Positions 11,594-23,144 of a DNA stretch of 64,000 bases are shown here, one piece after another. A program made the position numbers and the translations under genes. Numbering within the stretch: position 1 is the stretch's first letter; every line of letters begins with the position of its first letter. The stretch is from Lepidodermella squamata (Eukaryota > Animalia > Gastrotricha). A model generated the notes under the pieces. The model searched no databases. It worked only from the letters and a program-made list of their open reading frames with translations, and was not told the DNA's origin. The stretch covers positions 1,178,001-1,242,000 of the forward strand of contig JBLDXI010000028.1 of NCBI GenBank assembly GCA_047495785.1, in the 5' to 3' direction.

Positions 11594-12545
11594 TTATGTG
11601 CAGTTGGAATTAGCGTAACTTTGCACGCTTGGTGACTCATTCGAGAGGCATTTAACCGGTATTCCAGGTTTTAAGAAGTCCAGATCGGCATTGTTTGGTC
11701 TGCACACTGTGGCATTGGCGATCGGATTGAAACATTGTTGCCACGGGCTCTATTACAGGTTACATGATTCATAGCTAAATTAAAACGCTAAATCAAACCG
11801 CATTGAAGTTGGCACACGTTGCTAAGCTTGCGAAAGTCCGAACGTTGCCAGTGCCGAATTCTCCCAACTTTGAAAAGCCAGGTAACATTTCTAGCTAGGA
11901 ATCCTAATATCGAAAACGTACAGGCTTCAAAGATCCGCATCCCTCTACATCAGGTTTGCAGTTGACCAAAGTTGGGTTAGCGGGGTCATAGCAGTAGTAG
12001 AATTCGATGGAATCCCGACAGGACTGAAAGGTAGTAAAACTTGTCGCCGTTGACTGAAATAGGATGTATATCCTTTTGTCATTCGATTAGGAATATATCC
12101 TTACTCGGTACTCTTTTGAAGCCTCATCAACAGGATTGTAACACTCAGTTACATCCGGTCGGCATGTTACAGCCCCATTTGATCGTTTCGTGCATCTTCT
12201 AAAAACGGCCTGAAAAATCGAAAATTTCACGAAAAATGTATAGATTAGATGGTTCTTTATAGCCTTACAGGAGTGAATGAGAGACATTTGCTGAGACTAG
12301 GGAAAAAATTGGTCGTTGGGAGTTGCTGCCAGGTAGGTCCTATCCTATTACAAGCAACACTGTCCGGTGGCACTGCAAAACATTGGCTTCGTACGAGTAA
12401 CAGGCAACGTAGCTCTAAAATACATTGAAATTTGGGAGAAAGCTTGACAAATTAGCTTATACCTCATCGTTGAGGCAGGTCGTGAGATTAGCATAGATTT
12501 TGTCAATAGGCGACTGTTTCCATTGAAGATAGGGCACGAGAGCTT
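11594..12545 (-). pseudogene. Four-Cys-repeat gene related to the + strand lectin gene; 5' part cut by a LINE and one exon frameshifted
   Basis: Exonic peptides IYANLTTCLNDE, YVACYSYEANVLQC/PDSVACNR..FPSLSKC (frame shifts), FRRCTKRSNGAVTCRPDVTEC, FYYCYDPANPTLVNCKPDVEGC, WQQCFNPIANATVCRP..NSNCT* (stop 11594-11596). Confidence 0.6.
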
Positions 12546-14330
12546 ATAATAAGCTAGCTAAAAATATTCTTGACTTGGTAATAACAAAATCTCAAAGCAT
12601 TGTTGAAGATATCTCGGTCAATCATCCGTTGCCTAAAAGTGATGACGACACCTTGCTCATTAACTTGAACATATCGAACAAGGCGGCTTCTCATTGTAAT
12701 GATATTAATGACATTTTCGATATCAAGAATGCCGATTTCAAATCTTTTAGCGACTATCTCGATGGACAAAATTGGGCTGAAGTCCTATCCGGAGCAGATA
12801 TTGATGCTATCTACACAAAGTTTCTTGATGTTATGTACAACGGGATAGTCTCGTTCTGCCCACGCCGGAAAAAAATAACAAAACCTGGCGTGCCTAGACA
12901 TATCTCGAAACTGCGTACCTATGAAAACAAGCGTAAGCGTGCATATCGTAAATTTTTGAAAAATAATACTGATAATTCTAAAGAGAGCTTTAAAGCCGCT
13001 GAAATGTTATATAGAAAAGAAATTCAAAATATTCAATATGAGACGGAAAATAGTCTTCTCGATAATGGCTCTGCTAAAAAAATCTTCCAGCACTGCTCGA
13101 ATTATTTAAAAGAAAACAAATCCTCTTTACCTTCCGCTATGAAATCGAATAAAATTATATCTAATGACATGGCGAAAGCCGAACTTTTCGCTGACTCCTT
13201 TTCAGAAAATTATAAAACGCATCCTATCAGCGATACCTCTTACAAACCGAAAATCATCACTGACTGTCTACAACATATAGCGTTTGACGAATGTATTGTG
13301 GGTCAATATCTTCTTAGTCTTAAACCTAAGTTTTATTGTTAAGCCCTTTGTTGTTTATTTTATTCTTGATCGCCATTGACGCTAATTTCAATATTAGTTC
13401 TTCTCTCTACTTTTTCGCTGACGATAATAAGATATTTCGACCTATTATATCGGATAAAGACAGACAAATTTTGCAAAATGATATTGATAAACTCATTGAG
13501 GCCTTTACTTTGAATGGTCTGGAAGTAAACTCTAAAAAATGTTGTGTTCTCCGGGTTGGAAACGTTGAGGAAATGGCGAATTATACAATTAATAATACTC
13601 CTCTGCAGCGCGTGGATTTTGCTAAAGATCTGGGTGTGGTTGTTGATACTGAGCTTAATTTTTCCAGGCATTGTGCTAATGTTGTTAACAGGTGTATCAG
13701 TCTTTGTTCGGCTATTGTTAGAAGTTTCAAAAGTAATCGGCTAAAAATTCTAGCATACAAAGCTTATGTTCTTCCAATTCTTGATTACTGTTCCTCTGTG
13801 TACAGTCCCTATATTTTGAAAATCATCGATAAAATTGAACGTGTGCAAAAAAACTTCTTGAAAGCTGTTTTCCCTACTTTAACATATGATCAAGCGTGTA
13901 AAAACGCTGGAATTTTATCGCTCGAACATCGTCGTCTATTAAGGGACTTGTTGTTGTGTTTTAAATCTTACCACAACTTTGTTGATATTCCTTTCTCTAC
14001 TATTTTTGTACACTCCAATAATCCCAGAAAGTCTAATCACTATCTAATGCCGTCCAAATGCCATACCGATGTACAAAAATTCTCTATCGGAAATAGGATA
14101 TACAAAATCTGGAATAAAATACCTGAAAATATAATAAATTCTCGCTCTACCGCAATATTTAAAAATTATATTTTACAAAATTTGTTGAATGACATGTCTA
14201 ATAAAGGACTCTATCCATATATATTTCAATCATAAAAAACAAAAATAATATTTTATAAGCACTGTGTCATAAGGCAACCTGATTGTTAAATTAGGCAGTC
14301 CACATTTTTAATAAATGTTTATCTCTCTGT
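12546..14330 (+). mobile_element. CR1/L2-like LINE, 5'-truncated, with internal deletion of the RT N-terminal half
   Basis: LDLVIT..SD endonuclease end, KAELFADSF, jump at about 13337 to LSPLLF, FADDNK, KDLGV, LDYCSSVYSP, IERVQK, LEHRR, WNKIP; 3' AATAAA followed by TCTCTCT. Confidence 0.9.
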
Positions 14331-14458
14331 CGACGGTGAGGCGCCTCTAAATATTCCTACTTCCATGTAAATAAATGTTATAACATAGTACTGTGTACAC
14401 GCGCAACGCGAAACGGCAGTTCCCACATGGTTGGTTATTTTTTGCTTCAATGGAAAAT

Positions 14459-14497
14459 GTGATTCCGCCCGGTGTTTCCGCCCGGTGATTCCGCCCG
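14459..14497. repeat. Three tandem 13-bp units GTG(A/T)TTCCGCCCG
   Basis: Directly visible. Confidence 0.7.
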
Positions 14498-15175
14498 CTT
14501 ACGCGTTTTAAGGTGGATCTTTTATTATTAATTTCGGTTTTAAAATCCAAATCAGTGAATTACTGGGCGAACCAGACTCCATTTAGGGATTGCACTAGCA
14601 AAGCAAAAATTTGAACCAAAGAAAGCATTTTAACAAAACCCATTTTTATTGAACAATAATACTTTGGGAGAGCTTATAAACAATATTCAGTTCTGGATAA
14701 GACATGCACCGTGTAGTTAATTACTTGACAACTGGCGTCGACCGTGAAATGGCGTGATTCAAACCGGTTCATCAAGCTTGACAGGATCACAGCCCAACAA
14801 TGCCAATGCCGTCGCTTCGCATAAAGATTTTCCACCGAAACTCGTTGAACAGCATAGAGCGTAGTCGGCGTATCATTTCCTGGAATTTTGCACCGTGCTA
14901 ATCGTCTCAAACGCCAGTTCTTCGATGTATTGTTGCAGCAACGCCTTCAAAATCATCGCCGTCGGATTGAACGCTGGAATCTGATCGGCCAGGCGAAATT
15001 TCGTGCTTTTGCTATAGTAGCTCGATATCTTGAGCATTGCGGTTTTCACGAGCTGATTGGTGTCGCTCAGACAACGCAACAGCCATATACATTTGGTTAG
15101 AATCGACTGCGTTTCCGAGGATTAAATCGCCGATGTCTTGCGTGGTTTCCGCCAAGAAAGAATTAAGGAATCCTT

Positions 15176-15626
15176 AATTCTCAATAAAGAGCTGAACAGC
15201 CAGTGTAAGGCGAGATTGAGAGATTCGCTCACCGTCACGTGTCGAGCTGCATCAGCTGGAGCATGCCATTACCAAAATCCTCCTTTAATGGTAATAATTA
15301 ATTAAAAATCATCCGAATTTTTTGGAGGACTATTAGCTAACGAGAGTCTCTTAATAACGACTCTTTTCTATAGAAAGTCATCCCAGCTGATGGAAAGCAA
15401 TTTTGGTCATTCGAAGACTGCTCGGCCTACCCTCTGGTAATTTCATACATAGTCCAATCAAGGGGAGCCCAATTGCGACTCATTTGTTGATGTATTAACC
15501 GTAGACCTACTGGAGGTGCGTTAACGTTATGGGATCGAACGGGGGGATTACGTCGACTCGACAATGCATCCCGTCCCTTCTCTCAATCTCGCCTTACACT
15601 GGCTGTTCAGCTCTTTATTGAGAATT
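15176..15626. repeat. MITE-like or foldback element with 48-bp inverted termini
   Basis: 15176-15223 is the reverse complement of 15579-15626. Confidence 0.75.
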
Positions 15627-17101
15627 GAGAATTGAGAATTCGTGGATTATTGAGCATAATCCACGAAAGTGATCGCGGAGATGATTAATGATTAATAATT
15701 AATAGTGAAGTGTGTGAATAATCCAGACTCATTGTGTTTTTTTGATATTTTTATGATGAGAGTGCGCTCGCAATGTTAGTTCAATGCTGGCATGTGTCTC
15801 GTCGCCTAAAATTGCCAGATTAATAATTAGGCATGTGAAACGTTTATCGCCTTCAGCTAATTCCAACTAAATTAGGCCGGCCTTTATCAATGGGGTGATC
15901 TTCCTTTTTAGAGAGCGAAACTTATTCGAAAATAATCAAATTAGCTGTTGAAATTCCCCGCGTCGATTCATGCCACGTGCACTAGCCTTTCATTCGGTTG
16001 GCCTAATGAAAAGTTTTACAAACCTCTTAAATTCGAAGTATGCCTCAATTGCTGAGAAACTTATCAACTACAAAGCTCATTAGAATATTCCAATTCTCTG
16101 TTCCGATTGCCCCATTTTTTCGTGGGGCTATTCGGACGCAATTAATTAGACAAAAGTATGAGTCGGATCGGGGCCGTTTTAATTTTCATGGGTGCCCTGT
16201 CATCTTTAGGTTCAGAAAAAATTGATCGCAGGTCCAGCAAAGTACTTGTATTTTCACGCTGACAAACCCGAAGGAGCAGGCGAGCTTCGAGTCGATCTCA
16301 AAGAACTACGATCTGTCTATCTTCAGGTGACCCAAAAATAATAAACATTCTGTTCTCCATAAGTAAATTTGTTGCCGTGTAGATAGAAACGCGCAAGCGT
16401 AAGATTATGAAACACGTTATTTCATAGTAATAAATTTCATATTAAGGTGTATGTTTACCGTTGTTTTATTCTGTTCTTTGCATCATGCAACACAATTCCA
16501 TTGAATTAATCACTGAAAGTACAACTCCAGCTTCCACGACACTGAAGACACATCTACTATGCTTGAATTAATTTTCCTTTAAACTCGTCCAGATAAAGTC
16601 CAGATCAAGTTGTAGCCGTTGTGGTATTTCCTTGTACTGGCATTGGGAAGAAATCGTTATTGATACGTATACATTTACCAAATAATGCGAATGGAACCCA
16701 AATATTCCTAATTTGCAGAGTTTCCTATACATATTTGGAACGCCCTGGAAAAGTTCCGGACTTTTTAGACCTTCAGAATAATTATACGCTACACATCGCT
16801 TTTACTGGACCGAAACTCATGGCAACTTATTGCAACTAAAACTTCTGACTTCCTTTTCTTCAATTAGTTATAAGTCTGGCTACAGTTTCTTCATTGTCAC
16901 TCACACAGGTGAAATAATGCTGATGGCTGTGAAATTTCGAGTTTTTATTTTTCTCAATAAAAGCCATTATATTTTTTATTATCTTTCCACGATTATTATC
17001 CCCGTTGGCACTAGGAGTAAAATATTAGGCACTTTATTGTGTTGTTTTCAGGAGAGAGTGTTAAAACGACGTGTGCATAGCAAGCCGGCGGAAGAGGTCG
17101 C

Positions 17102-19254
17102 TTATTCGCGGTCCTGATCCGGGGTCATCTTCCACACCTTGATGTAGTTGATCTGCATGGCACGCTGGTCCTCGTTCTCGCCCTTGGGCCAAGTTGGCCA
17201 CCATTGGTCACGTTGTTGCCAGAAATCGAAGGGCGCCTGTTGCGAGGTATCTCTCCAGGGTTTCCTATAATATGGAGAAATATTTGAACAAATTGTTGAA
17301 CAAATTAAAAATTGATCTTACGGGTATTTCGAGTTGGTAGCTGCGTCAGGGAAATAGCCACCAGTACCACCAACGGCGACGTTTAAGATAAGGAAAAACT
17401 GTTGGGAAACATTAATATTATTGAGTTTTTAAGTGTTTTTTATATCTCTTACCTCTTGATCGAAGGGAGCATCAGGACCGCCATAGACCCAGACGTTGTT
17501 CTCTTCGGGCAAGCGGCCTTCGAATCCACCGCGTTTCCAGTAGCCCTCATCGGTAGCAACGTGCAAATATTCCTCGTCGTCGATGAAGAAAGTCAGACCT
17601 TCTTGGTCCCAATCGACACGGAACTTGTGGAAGTCATCGTTGAAGGTTCCAGATGGGAGGTTGCTGAAGAAATTAAATTTTAATCAGGTTCCAACTTGGT
17701 ACCGGATGACTTACTATGAGGCATGGGCCTTTTCCCAACCGTTCTCGGGCCAGTAGGGACCGTAGTGCTAAGAAATAAAGTTGTAAGTTTGGTGTTTAAG
17801 AGGTTGGTTCCAAGTTGGTACCAAGGTGGAGCCGAACTGGTTGACGCCAATGTTGACGCCCTTGTCGAAGAGGTCGGTGTTACCGCGCGATTCCATAAGA
17901 TCGATCTCACCGCTCGCCGGCCAGCCACCGTAGACCTGGTAGCGGGGCAGCAGCCAGATGGCTGGCCAGATCCAGTCACCCTTAGGCAGCTTAGCCTCAA
18001 CCTCGAGACGACCGTAGCGGAACGAGAATGAGTTGATGGTGCGGAGACGGGCCGATTGGATCGGGTTGATGATGGTCGAGCCGAAGGTCTCACGACGGCA
18101 GCCCCACCATTGGTTTCCGGTGCAGAGGTTAGCGGGTTCGGTACCCCAGAGTTCCAATACGGTACCAGACTTGGTAACTGAATCCTTGCCAAATTTCTCC
18201 TCAGTCAAAGTCTGAAAATTAAAAATTAAATAAATTTTGAAAAATTGCAATTTTTTATTATTAATTTACCGGCTTAATGTGGAGGACACCATCCTTGACG
18301 TAGCTGTTGGTGCGGTTGTTGTGGTAGTACTGGAATTCCCAGTTGCCGCCACCGCCAGCCGTGATTTCATGTTCCCAGACGGACAAGTCGAGCTTATCGA
18401 AGTTTTCGTCGAAGATCAAGCACGGGTAAGACGTGCACCTGGGCTCAACGGGCGCCTTGCTTTCGCATGGGCAGGCTGTGCAGTCTGGCGGGGTAGTAGT
18501 TGGTCCAGTGTATGCAGCTGAAAATAATTTTAATTAAATTTTTTAGAAAAATTTTCCAATTTTTGAACCCACTCGTTGGGGCCTTGGTAGTAGTTGTCTT
18601 GGTTGTTGTTGACTTGGTAGTCTTAGGAGTGGTGGTCTAACATGAAATTTTTATAGAATTGAATTTCAAAAAATTGAAGTTTTTTTACCGTGGTCACGCC
18701 GCCGTCATTAACCCAGACTTGATCGGTCAAAAGGTAACCAGCGCCGTTAACAAGGGTGTAAACCCAGTAGTAGACTTTGTCGCCAACTCGGACGTCGACA
18801 TTTGGCTCGGTGTAGACGAAAGCATTGTCGGTTAGGGTCGAAACATCAGCAGCAAATTGGCTGGCCTCAACGCCTGGAAGCGGCCTGTTTACGTTGAAGT
18901 GGAAAGCAACCATGCTAAGTCCAGGATCATCTGAAAAATTTTTAAATTAATTTTAAATTTCTTAAAGTTTTTAGAGAATTTTTGAGAAAATTCAATTGAT
19001 AACATTTTGAATTTTTGAATGAAGAATTTTGAAAATTAGATTTGTAAAATTTTTAATTTTGAGAATTTCAATTTTTTTTAATTTGTAAAATTTCAAAATT
19101 TCAAAGTTTTTAACACGAACCTTTTTTGTAGGTGAACTTGATGCCTTTTGGGCTCAAGGCCACAATCTCGGGCTGCTTCGGCTTGTAAGCTTGGCCTTGA
19201 ATCGAAGCAACGAAGAAAGCCGCAACAGCGGCAATCAGCAAACCTCTTGCCATA
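17102..19254 (-). CDS. Beta-1,3-glucan recognition protein: signal peptide, CBM39, Thr-rich linker, GH16 with intact catalytic motif
   Basis: Exons 19254-19121, 18930-18689, 18636-18573, 18517-18270, 18211-17822, 17767-17703, 17663-17453, 17398-17322, 17264-17102; CBM39-type PKG..VAFHFNVN..GDKVYYWVY; GH16 GGGNWEFQYY, WPAIWLLP, WPASGEIDLME. Confidence 0.9.
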
Positions 19255-19373
19255 TCTCAGTTAAAAAAGCTCTAAAATCAATTTAAAAATACCAAAAATT
19301 ATTAAATTTTCTTGATTTTTCAACGGTTAAACGGTGAAGCTGTGTTTTATCAAGGCGGTTTTATCAGGTCGAG

Positions 19374-21072
19374 TTATTTGCAGGTGCCTTCAACGAAGCA
19401 ATCTTCCTTCATTTTCCACACGCGAACCGACTTGATTTGCATAGCTCGGTCGTCTTCATTCTCGCCCTTGGGCCACGTCGGCAGCCACATGTTCCGCGCG
19501 TCGTAGAACGCCCGCATGGCTGTCTCGGACTTGTCAGTCCACGGCTTCGGGTAGGCCGGGTGGCGTTGCGAGTCGTCGAAATAGCCGCCAGTCCCACCGA
19601 CGGCGACGTTGAAGATCAGGTAGTACTCCTGGTCGAAGGGTGCGTCTGGGTTGGCATCGCGCCAAGCGTTGTTCTCCTCAGGCAACCGGCCTTCGAACTT
19701 GCCGCGTTTCCAATAACCATCGCCGGTTTCGACTTCGTTAACGAGCTCATCGTCGACGTAGAATCGGATACCAGTTTCGTCCCAATCCACGACGAAGGTG
19801 TGGAAATCATCGCCGAAATTGCGGCCATTTTCGAGGTTCCTGGAATTTTTCCATTAAAATTTTAAATAATTTTTAAAATTTAAATTTAATAACTTGCTTG
19901 GTATTTGTTGCATATTGATATCCGTTTTCAGGCCAATATGGACCGTAGTGGAGCTGTAGAAAAAATCGAGATTTAACCGGAACCAATTTGGTACCAAGTT
20001 GGAACCCTTACCGTGGCGCCATATTGCGAAAGGCCGATTTGGTTGCCCTGAGCATCCAAAAGGTTAGTGTTCCCACGCGATTCCATAATATCGATTTCAC
20101 CACTAGCCGGCCAGCCGCCGTAGATTTGGCGTTTCGGGAGCATCCAAATGGCGGGCCAGATCCAGTCACCCTTGGGCAACTTCGCTTCAACTTCAACACG
20201 GCCGTAACGGAACGCGAAGGTGTCGACGGTTCGAAGACGGGCCGATTGGATCGGGTTGACTACGGTCGAGCCGAAAGCCTCACGCTCGCAGCCCCACCAT
20301 TGGTTACCCTAAAAATTTCGAAAATTTCAATAATTTTTCAATTTCAAAATGTAAATTCAAAATTCAAAAATTGCAATTTTCCGATTTAAAATTTCCAATT
20401 TAAAAGTTTCACGCTTGTATCCCCACCATTATTATGGTGCCCCTACGAATTTCAAAAATTTAAATTTTTGAAAATTTTTCAATTTCAAAATTTCAAAGCT
20501 TCGCGCTCGCAGCCCCGCCACTTCCCTAAAAATTACAATTTCAATTTCAATTTCAATTTCGAATTTTTGAAATTGAAATTTTTCAGATTTTAATTTCAAA
20601 TTCGAAGTGGTTTAAATTTGAAGTATTCATACCGTGCATTGATCTGGAGGGGATCCTCCCCAAAGTTCGAGTTTGCCCTTGTAGACCCAATCATTGCCCC
20701 ATCTTTCTTCGGCAAGAGTCTGTCATGGGAAAAATAGCAAATTTGTGACAATTTCTCCGGAATTTTATCGAGCGAATTACAAACTGGTTTCAAGAACAGG
20801 ATTCCATCCTTGACGTAGCTATTACTGCGGTTATTAGTGTAGTACTGGAACTCCCAGTTACCACCACCGCCAGCCGTTATTTCATGCTTCCAAATTTTGT
20901 GGTTGAACGTTTCGAATTCATCTTCGAAAAGCAGGCACGGAAACTTGCCCTTACAGCGGCGAGAATCGTAAGGCTGGCCTGGTTTATCGCGAAAATGCCA
21001 CGAATCACCAGCTGCCCAGGCTTGGCAGGCCAGTTGAAGAACAACCAATAAAATGGCTGCTCTTAGCATCAT
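19374..21072 (-). CDS. GH16 beta-1,3-glucanase / LGBP-like protein without CBM39
   Basis: Exons about 21072-20784, 20718-20633, 20307-20012, 19953-19897, 19840-19374; signal peptide, HEITAGGGGNWEFQYY, WPASGEIDIME, APFDQEYYLIFNVAVGG. Confidence 0.9.
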
Positions 21073-22106
21073 GTACTGAAAAAAGCGGCAGAAATATGTC
21101 TCTTCAAATTAGGCGCTCTGTTTTTTTCGCAGCCACCGGCGGGGTAAATGTACTCGGGAACACGTGAACAAAAAACGGTTATAAAATGATAGAATGGCGA
21201 CCACGCCCTCTTTTTGTCCCTCCGCTATCTGCAATTTGGTTATTTTCTACTGCCCTAAAACGACCTTTGTAGCCGTGAACACCAAATTTATTCAATTTCC
21301 TCTTATTTTCGGCTAATTTATGACGCAAATTAAAGTGTGTAATTAAGATAACATATTTTTCGAGCCAGGCCTTATCTTTTTGGCGCGACGCACGAAAGAG
21401 GTGTGAACCTAAGGTGAAGCTTCCGTTGCTGTTTGAACCTAGAAATGGACGGTATAATGTAGCACAGAGAACGTAGCCGGCCCAAAATACACCAGCCGCT
21501 GTCGTTATAAGGTCAAATTGTTGAAGTACACTGTGAACTGGAATAAATGGACGCGGCTGATTAGCCAGCGGCACGTTGGTGACTGATAGTGAGTCAGCAA
21601 TCTTCATTAAGCTTCCACACCTTGAACTAGTTTTTACTTGGGTGGCAATCGTAATTTAAAAAATTCAATTGCCAACTAAGCAAGAGTTCTCCTGAATTAT
21701 TACACATTCTGATTGTTTTTTTAAATTAACTCGGAAATAGCGGCTGGTGTCGGAAATTATAAAATTAGAAACAAATGCGGAATTATTTAATTGCGGGATA
21801 AAAAATATTTAGCAGCATTTCCAGCATTTGAAACCCATTTGTCTCTATCTATCACCGTTAAGAATGTGAAGAAAGTGGTCGAAATCGCCCAGCTGATTTC
21901 AGGCAATTTTTCCAACACCCCAATTTCTGTATCCGATGCTTTCAAGATTGAATTTAGGGTTGAGTGGTAATTCCGAAATAGTCTATCCCGCCGTGAAAGG
22001 GACGGGCATTGGAAATTTAAGTTAAAAAAACTGCAACTCATTATCGTCGTTATAAGATAGTTTTCAATTTTTACGTTTCCTTTCATTCCTTTTCTTCGAT
22101 AAGATA

Positions 22107-23144
22107 CCGTCATTTGGGGCAAAATGAACCTTTGGGGCTAATTGGCCAAAAATTGAGGTTTTCACCATTTTATTGATAGCTCAAAAACTACAAGGTAAAA
22201 CTTTACAAAAATTTACGGGGGCGATTACCAACAAGCCTCCTACAAGCCTGCAAATTTTGAGCCTCGTATGTCCCGAAATGCGGTCACAGCATGTCGTTGC
22301 ACATAGGTGAGTTTAGGGAGGTAAAAATGACCCCTCTAAATTGAATTACCTGGAGCCAATCACGAGGTTTGATGATCAGATGAAATTTTTTCCTTCGACC
22401 ATTTTCGTCGTAGATGGCGGCAAAAAAAACCGCGACCCCAGGCGATGCACAGGTATGGCTAGGTGATTGTGGCCAAATTACCCCATGGAAAACCCAATGA
22501 TGGGGGCTAATTGGCCACGCTTATCCTTATAATGGGTTTTTAATATTTGATGATTGTGAGGGTTGAATGGTCGAGTGGTTGTGATGCGTCCATCAGAACT
22601 TAAGTGATCTGATGAGCGACGGTTCGAATCCTCATTAAGTAGCATTTTTTTGCTCCGCATTTAATTTTTTTAATTTTGTTGTTAATTTTCCATTTTAATA
22701 ATTTTTAATTAGTTTCTCCGTTTTTTCTGAGAGTTTTATTGCTGAGCGACTTTTAAACGTCTCCCGAACAAAAAAATGTCCGGCATACGTGGTGTTAGTG
22801 GAATAATTATAATGGAAAATTAACAACAAAATTAAAAAAATTAAATGCGGAGCAAAAAAATGCTACTTAATGAGGATTCGAACCGTCGCTCATCAGATCA
22901 CTTAAGTTCTGATGGACGCATCACAACCACTCGACCATTCAACCCTCACAATCATCAAATATTAAAAACCCATTATAAGGATAAGGGTGGCCAATTAGCC
23001 CCAAAACACCTGTCCAATTTGCCCCAAACCTGGGGCAAAATGAGCTTCCTATAAAATCGGAATCAGGACCCTCTGAAACGTGTAAAAATGCGAAAAAATC
23101 AGGGGGTAATTTTTTTCCCGCGGCCATTTTGCCCCAATTTACGG
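22107..23144 (-). mobile_element. Family A DNA transposon, copy 2, with tRNA-like palindrome (about 22503-23002)
   Basis: Reverse-orientation homolog of 1792-2834; same TIRs; TA flanks. Confidence 0.9.

Noticed and set aside
14674-15160. Coding-like minus-strand stretch with a weak OTU-like look (STSFGGKSLCEATALALLG)
   Set aside because: In-frame stops and no catalytic motif; cannot be assigned
16210-16326. Isolated exon-like segment VQKKLIAGPAKYLYFHADKPEGAGELRVDLKELRSVYLQ
   Set aside because: Has splice signals, but no partner exons or family identified
22478-23054. Twin ORFs MRSKKMLLNED on opposite strands
   Set aside because: By-product of the palindrome
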